From: a virus
Direction: 5' to 3' (one strand)
Length of the DNA: 64,000 nt
Virus record (IMG/VR): IMGVR_UViG_3300042564_003823
Span: 1 to 64,000 of that record
The notes beneath the pieces are model-generated. The model did no database searches, was not told where the DNA came from, and saw only the letters and a list, made by a program, of their open reading frames with translations. Shown piece by piece: positions 59,086 through 64,000 of this stretch. The translations under genes were made by a program, and so were the position numbers. Positions within the stretch are counted from its first letter, which is position 1; every line of letters starts with the position of its first letter.

Positions 59086-60168
59086 TTAACTTGTTATATT
59101 CCCTATTATTGTGACTTTTAACCCTCTTGCGGTTCCACTACCTATTTGTGTTATTCTTACACTAATTTCATCGTCATCTATTAAATTTGGTGTGGATATT
59201 ACTGGTTGGGTTGTTCCTAACGCTTTTGATGTCTTTTGGTTGTTATCTATGGTTAATAATGTTGATAATATTGTTGTTCCTGTTTTTAAAATATCAACAG
59301 TAAAAGTATTACCACTTGTTTGTGCGGTTGTTAATGAGCCTCTAACTTCAGTAATTAACATGTTATATGGCATTCTAAAAGTTGTTGTTGTTCCAGTAAT
59401 TAATGCGGTTATTTCATCAGAACAAGAAACTTGTATAACTGTAGGTAAGTTTTGATATGTTGTTGCACTAAATGTGTTTGCCGATAATCCACCTGTGAAA
59501 TTAGTTGGGTTAGTTACTGTTCCTCCTGAAAAAGACCCGCCCCCTCCACTAATACCGGTTAAATTAGAACCATCACCATAAAACGTAACTCCACTAATTG
59601 TTGTTGCTGAGATTGAGCCGGCAACTTCTAAATTTGCCGTTGCTGCGGTTGTACCAATACCAATCTTACCGTCACTTTGAATTCTCATTCTTTCAAACCC
59701 AACGTCGGTTCCAAAAGTCAAAGTACCTCCTGTTGTTTCTGTTGATATATCAAAAGTACCTCCAGTGTAATACCAAGACATTTTTGCTCCATAAACACTT
59801 GAGGGTGTTCCAAAATAAATTTGTGAGGTGTTAGTATCGGTAGTAAAAAGTCCTACATTATTATTATTAAATCCTTGTACTATAAAATTAGTAGTGAACG
59901 GTAACCCTGATGAAGGTATTTGTGATGTACTATTATTAACTTGTAGTTTTGCCTGAGTACCACCTGAAGTTGTCAAATATTCAATCCTACCAATATTAAC
60001 ACTACCCCCTGAATTTATAATAAATGGGGTCGCGTCGGGGTTTGAACTATCCTCAATTAATACCGCATTTCCCGTACCTAATTGACTAATATATATGGCG
60101 TCTGTTGTTGTGTTCGCACTTATATTTAGTCCACCGTTTATTCCTAAAGAATCGTAAAAATTTGTCAT
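59086..60168 (-). CDS. Tail fibre-like protein
   Basis: ERMRIQSDGKIGIGT...LEVAG fibre motif and a GDGSNLTG module. Confidence 0.7.
   Translation of the reverse strand: MTNFYDSLGINGGLNISANTTTDAIYISQLGTGNAVLIEDSSNPDATPFIINSGGSVNIGRIEYLTTSGGTQAKLQVNNSTSQIPSSGLPFTTNFIVQGFNNNNVGLFTTDTNTSQIYFGTPSSVYGAKMSWYYTGGTFDISTETTGGTLTFGTDVGFERMRIQSDGKIGIGTTAATANLEVAGSISATTISGVTFYGDGSNLTGISGGGGSFSGGTVTNPTNFTGGLSANTFSATTYQNLPTVIQVSCSDEITALITGTTTTFRMPYNMLITEVRGSLTTAQTSGNTFTVDILKTGTTILSTLLTIDNNQKTSKALGTTQPVISTPNLIDDDEISVRITQIGSGTARGLKVTIIGNITS
59439..59607. repeat. ~169-bp direct repeat, copy 1 (fibre module)
   Basis: Matches 61079-61247 with about 6 mismatches and encodes an identical peptide. Confidence 0.9.
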
Positions 60169-60173
60169 AATAA

Positions 60174-60338
60174 TTAATTTTTAATCGTATATCCCTCTCT
60201 TATAAAACCAAAATAATACTCTTCAAGTTCAATTTCATTTTGATTATTATAATAAATAATTTTTTGTTTATTGATAGTTCCTTCTACAGGATGATTAATA
60301 CTATAATTTACTATTTCATATGTACCTAAGTAACCCAT
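60174..60338 (-). CDS. 54-aa protein MGYLGTYEIVNYSINHPVEG...EGYTIKN (not in track); possible fibre chaperone
   Basis: ATG abuts the upstream stop (TAAATG) and the ORF fills the gap between two fibre genes. Confidence 0.65.
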   Translation of the reverse strand: MGYLGTYEIVNYSINHPVEGTINKQKIIYYNNQNEIELEEYYFGFIREGYTIKN

Positions 60339-62354
60339 TTAAAAATCTATTAATACGTTTATTTGTTGTCTTACTGTTGTTGGGTTTGTTGCATATGCAG
60401 GAGTATCCCACTCAATTTCTAATTTATCACCAGCAACAACAGGTAATGGTGATGTTAATGTATAGTTAATTAATGAGCTTGACGAATCAAAAGTCGCGGC
60501 GCTTGTTATGATTCTTGTGGTTGCTTGAGTTACGTTATTTATTGAAAGCGTATTTAATTCAGAAGACCCTAAAGTACCTCCAATTGTTCTTGATATAGAG
60601 ACTTGTGTGATATTACCTGTTTTTTGTGTTATTAATCTTCTACCATCACTTGTTGATGTAACAGGGGCTAAATTAAATTGACCCCCAATAAAATATGAGA
60701 CACTATCTGAAGGACTGACGCTATCATGACCGAAGAGTAATGTTATCGAACCTCTTGGTGTGGTGGATGTCAAAGAACCTCCAGCAACAACAACTTTAAT
60801 ACCATTTAAAGAACTATTTAATGTAACATCAAATGAATTTAACTGATAGTTACTAATATTTCCAAAAATTTGTTGATTAGTATTTGTATCTATAATTTGT
60901 ACTAATACTTCAGTTGTACCAAAATTGTGTGTTATTGAAACAGGAATTCCTGACGTATAATTATTTGTTTGACTATAAGTATATCCAGTACTGAATCCTG
61001 TAATAGAAAACGTACCACCCGTATTATTTGTAAATGTTGTGGTTCCTGCAGAATATGTACCGCCAGTTACTCTAACATCTGTAGGTAAGTTTTGATATGT
61101 TGTTGCACTAAATGTGTTTGCCGATAAACCACCTGTGAAATTAGTTGGGTTAGTTACTGTTCCTCCTGAAAAAGACCCACCACCCCCACTAATACCTGTC
61201 AAATTAGAACCATCACCATAAAACGTAACTCCACTAATTGTTGTTGCGGAAATTGTATTTGCACTTAAACCATCAGTAAATGAAGTAGACCCTGTTACAG
61301 TACCACCTGTAAATCCATTACTTAACGAACCATCACCCATAACATATTTTGATGATGTACCGCCTTGTGTAATAAATTTATCTGCATTTATGTATTGAAA
61401 ATAATCTATTGAATTAGTACTAGTTCCTGTAAGCGTAGAACCTGGTTTATCATATACGGTGTTAATAATTGTGTAAATACCTGCAACACTTATAGGTGCT
61501 ACATTATTCCCCGCCGTAACAAGCACTTGGCTATTTATCAATGTTAATGTAGTCAAAGATCCCGTTATCGTTATACCATTACCACCTAAAGCAGTAACAA
61601 TACAATCAACTATTGCTAAGTTACCTGCACTAGCTGATGGTGTTACTACACTATTACATCCCTTTATAATAACTTGTGCTGAGGCATCGTTTACTGATAC
61701 TCCAACATTTTTATTACCGTTGATAATAGTGATGCCAGCACCAGAAATTTGAATACCTAAAGTACATTGCAGTTCTGAGTTAATAATTTCAACATAACCA
61801 CTAGATGATTTGGTTACTTGAGTATCAACAGTACAGTTGCTTATATAAGCTTGAGCTGTTCCACTAATGACAAGGCTACTCATCTTCAAACCTGAAATGC
61901 GAGTACCAGAACCTAATGTCCCAATAGTTAATGTACCTGATAATAGAGTATTTGCTCCTGTTAACTCTGATGTTGAAATTGTCGTATTAGTGTTAGCGAC
62001 CGTAACATTTTCTGAATAAGTACCAGGGTGGATAATTATTGTTTTACGAGACCCAGTAAGTAAGGTTAATGCCTTAGTAATGGTCGCAACAGGATTAAGT
62101 AAATCACCATTACCTGTAGTATCATTTCCATCTACGGTGCTAACGTGAATTTCATAATCATATGTTGGTAAATTAATATATGTTGTTGCTGATATTGTTG
62201 TTGCAGATACCCCATTAGTAAATTGGGTTGCTCCTGATACAGTTCCACCTGTAAAAGTTCCTCCACCTGAAATACCTGTTAAATTAGACCCGTCACCATA
62301 AAAAGTTGTTCCACTTATTGTTGTTGCACTTATTATATCTGTATTAAATCCCAT
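60339..62354 (-). CDS. Tail fibre/spike protein with beta-helix (pectin-lyase-like) domain
   Basis: HVSTVDGNDTTGNGDLLNPVATITKAL...IIIHPGTYSE beta-helix cap and two GDGSNLTG modules. Confidence 0.72.
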   Translation of the reverse strand: MGFNTDIISATTISGTTFYGDGSNLTGISGGGTFTGGTVSGATQFTNGVSATTISATTYINLPTYDYEIHVSTVDGNDTTGNGDLLNPVATITKALTLLTGSRKTIIIHPGTYSENVTVANTNTTISTSELTGANTLLSGTLTIGTLGSGTRISGLKMSSLVISGTAQAYISNCTVDTQVTKSSSGYVEIINSELQCTLGIQISGAGITIINGNKNVGVSVNDASAQVIIKGCNSVVTPSASAGNLAIVDCIVTALGGNGITITGSLTTLTLINSQVLVTAGNNVAPISVAGIYTIINTVYDKPGSTLTGTSTNSIDYFQYINADKFITQGGTSSKYVMGDGSLSNGFTGGTVTGSTSFTDGLSANTISATTISGVTFYGDGSNLTGISGGGGSFSGGTVTNPTNFTGGLSANTFSATTYQNLPTDVRVTGGTYSAGTTTFTNNTGGTFSITGFSTGYTYSQTNNYTSGIPVSITHNFGTTEVLVQIIDTNTNQQIFGNISNYQLNSFDVTLNSSLNGIKVVVAGGSLTSTTPRGSITLLFGHDSVSPSDSVSYFIGGQFNLAPVTSTSDGRRLITQKTGNITQVSISRTIGGTLGSSELNTLSINNVTQATTRIITSAATFDSSSSLINYTLTSPLPVVAGDKLEIEWDTPAYATNPTTVRQQINVLIDF
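61079..61247. repeat. ~169-bp direct repeat, copy 2 (a diverged third copy lies at ~62160-62330)
   Basis: 1640 bp offset from copy 1. Confidence 0.9.
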
Positions 62355-62360
62355 ATCTTT

Positions 62361-63263
62361 TTAATTAAATGTTCCTGAAATTATCCAAACACCACCAACT
62401 CTTTTTTCAACAATAAAGTTAGATCCTGATATTCTCATTCTCCACGAACCGTTGGTATTATCATCCCCAAAATAAAGGTATCCTGTTGATTCTATATATG
62501 TGTTTGATGTTTGTAATGTTGTCGCACTTAAACTACCGTTAATTGTTAAACCACTAACCGAATCAATATACGCATTAAAAGTGGTATTTGTGTTATCTGT
62601 TAAAGTTATTGTATTTGTTAAATTATCATAGGTAACTCCTGTTAAAAACGTATTTGAGTCTCCAGTTAATGAACTAATATTAACAGTATATGCTGAAGGT
62701 GATACGTTAGTATCAAAATAAATAATACCATTATTGTAAGATGCACCTGTTGTAAAAACGTCAGTACTTCCGGTGAAAAAACCATTGACCGTTACATCTG
62801 TACCGTTACTTGTAGATAATGTTAATGTCCCTCCAGAGTATGTCCCTGAAGTAATTAAATCGCCAAATGTTGGCAAATCAACCAAAACGGTTTGTCCTGA
62901 ACCACTAACAGTGATAGTTCCACCACTTAAAATTAAATTACCATTTAATATTATTAATTGAGAATTGTCATTTAATATCAATTCACCTAAAACATATAAA
63001 TCACCATACACAAAACTTTGTGAATATGAACCAATTTCAACAGTACTTCCTGAAGGTACATACCACCTACTGTCAGCATTAATATCAATCAAAGCATTTG
63101 CAATTGTACCACCGGTAGGGTTTGTGAGTGTAAGAGTATTTGCAGAAAACGTCATTCCAGACACACCTAAAGATTGTAGATAATATAAATTATTATCCAT
63201 ATCTAAATTGGTTAATTTTGACCCCTTAGCGTCTGGTCCATATTGTCTTGTAACTAAACTCAT
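62361..63263 (-). CDS. Tail fibre-like protein
   Basis: KGSKLTNLDMDNNL N-terminal attachment motif and repeated SGGTLTL-type units. Confidence 0.65.
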   Translation of the reverse strand: MSLVTRQYGPDAKGSKLTNLDMDNNLYYLQSLGVSGMTFSANTLTLTNPTGGTIANALIDINADSRWYVPSGSTVEIGSYSQSFVYGDLYVLGELILNDNSQLIILNGNLILSGGTITVSGSGQTVLVDLPTFGDLITSGTYSGGTLTLSTSNGTDVTVNGFFTGSTDVFTTGASYNNGIIYFDTNVSPSAYTVNISSLTGDSNTFLTGVTYDNLTNTITLTDNTNTTFNAYIDSVSGLTINGSLSATTLQTSNTYIESTGYLYFGDDNTNGSWRMRISGSNFIVEKRVGGVWIISGTFN

Positions 63264-63288
63264 TTTTTTTATTTAATAAATATATTGT

Positions 63289-64000
63289 TTATTCAAAATA
63301 CCCACACTCAATGTAATCTCCATCAATATACTCGTTGGTACAAAGACAATTAGGACACCAAAAATTAAGTAAATTAAATTTATCATTTAGTATTCTAAAG
63401 TTATGCTGTATTTGTGGAGAACTTAAAGGTTCAACGTACATCCTAAATTGAGATATTGCACCCATAAAAGTCCCACCAAAATTTTGTTCTAATAAAATGT
63501 TTGTTGAAAGTCCTGATAAAGTTGTTGCAGATAAAATGTTATTTGGGAACAATTCGGGATCTTGCATATAAGGGACGTTTGGTAATGAGCAACCTGAAAA
63601 AATTAAGTGATCGTGTAACCCTTGAGTACCCCCACCGAACGAAATATTAAAAGGAACGCCAACTTGTTTTTCTTTTTCTGTATTTAATTCTCTTGGAATT
63701 ATCTCTTCAAAATCTTCAATCACTAAAAGCAAATACCCATTTACGTAAAGTTTTAATGTTCCTAACCTATAATCTAATTCATCAAACCATTTTCTATCAA
63801 AACGTATTTTATGTATTTTTCTTTCAGGTGTTGAACCTGGATGTGTTTCAGGTGGTGATATTAAATTTATTGATTTACCGTCTATTGATGATTGTGTTGT
63901 AATAACCCTTAAATCATTTAACCCACCGAGATTTAATAAATCACAATCTTCAATTGTTGTGTACCGTTCAAATACGGCACTTATCATTACCCACCTTTCT
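63289..64000 (-). CDS. LamG-like structural protein, partial (frame open to right edge)
   Basis: LKLYVNG...FGGGTQG...FMGAISQFRMYVEPLSSPQIQHNF; no stop upstream of ATG 63987. Confidence 0.6.
   Translation of the reverse strand, partial: ERWVMISAVFERYTTIEDCDLLNLGGLNDLRVITTQSSIDGKSINLISPPETHPGSTPERKIHKIRFDRKWFDELDYRLGTLKLYVNGYLLLVIEDFEEIIPRELNTEKEKQVGVPFNISFGGGTQGLHDHLIFSGCSLPNVPYMQDPELFPNNILSATTLSGLSTNILLEQNFGGTFMGAISQFRMYVEPLSSPQIQHNFRILNDKFNLLNFWCPNCLCTNEYIDGDYIECGYFE

Noticed and set aside
59439-61247. Repeat pair as a DGR template/variable region
   Set aside because: The mismatches are synonymous and not adenine-specific, both copies are coding, and there is no reverse transcriptase in the window.
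2366-63902. The many 60-135 aa antisense or alternate-frame ORFs in the track (e.g. 22305..22604, 36723..37130, 40389..40763)
   Set aside because: They are shadows nested in long genes, with no motifs or expression signals.
1-64000. Stop-codon reassignment as in some jumbo phages
   Set aside because: Code 11 gives long, tightly packed ORFs, and TAA, TAG and TGA all end genes at sensible boundaries.
1-64000. CRISPR arrays, tRNAs, rRNA, introns, inteins or IS elements
   Set aside because: Intergenic gaps are short and AT-rich, with no repeat-spacer or cloverleaf patterns seen. RNR, helicase, RecA and PolB are uninterrupted and of ordinary length.

Overview
This 64 kb window is AT-rich (roughly 30% GC by eye) and gene-dense, and comes from a large T4-superfamily-like myovirus, probably a jumbo phage. 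It uses the standard genetic code. Most genes are on the minus strand. The tail and baseplate set includes wedge gp6/gp7/gp25/gp53-like genes, a giant hub, a giant tube-initiator, tape measure, chaperone, tube, sheath, terminator and neck genes, plus a fibre/receptor-binding cluster at the right end. Interleaved with these are replication genes: class II RNR, DnaB-like helicase, 5'-3' exonuclease, RecA/UvsX, gp32-like SSB, PolB and a SNF2 helicase, plus an Fe/Mn superoxide dismutase. The lack of Shine-Dalgarno sites, a TAnnTTTG promoter element and a Q-rule signal peptide suggest a Bacteroidota host (inference). I found five small ORFs that the supplied track missed. Main observations: (1) a pervasive [ST]-[GA]-x-[ST] motif concentrated in predicted surface-exposed virion proteins, a candidate virion-modification sequon; (2) a family of basic N-terminal leaders ending in [ILV]-x-E on non-structural cargo such as SOD and a HAD enzyme, a candidate capsid-packaging/protease signal; (3) a probable +1/-2 frameshifted tail chaperone; (4) a strand-oriented TATTTAT upstream element that is the reverse complement of the T4 late promoter; (5) an unannotated RHH regulator with an 11-bp-phased operator; and (6) OmpA-like and transmembrane modules inside baseplate proteins. 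All protein calls come from motif recognition by eye; no database searches were run.
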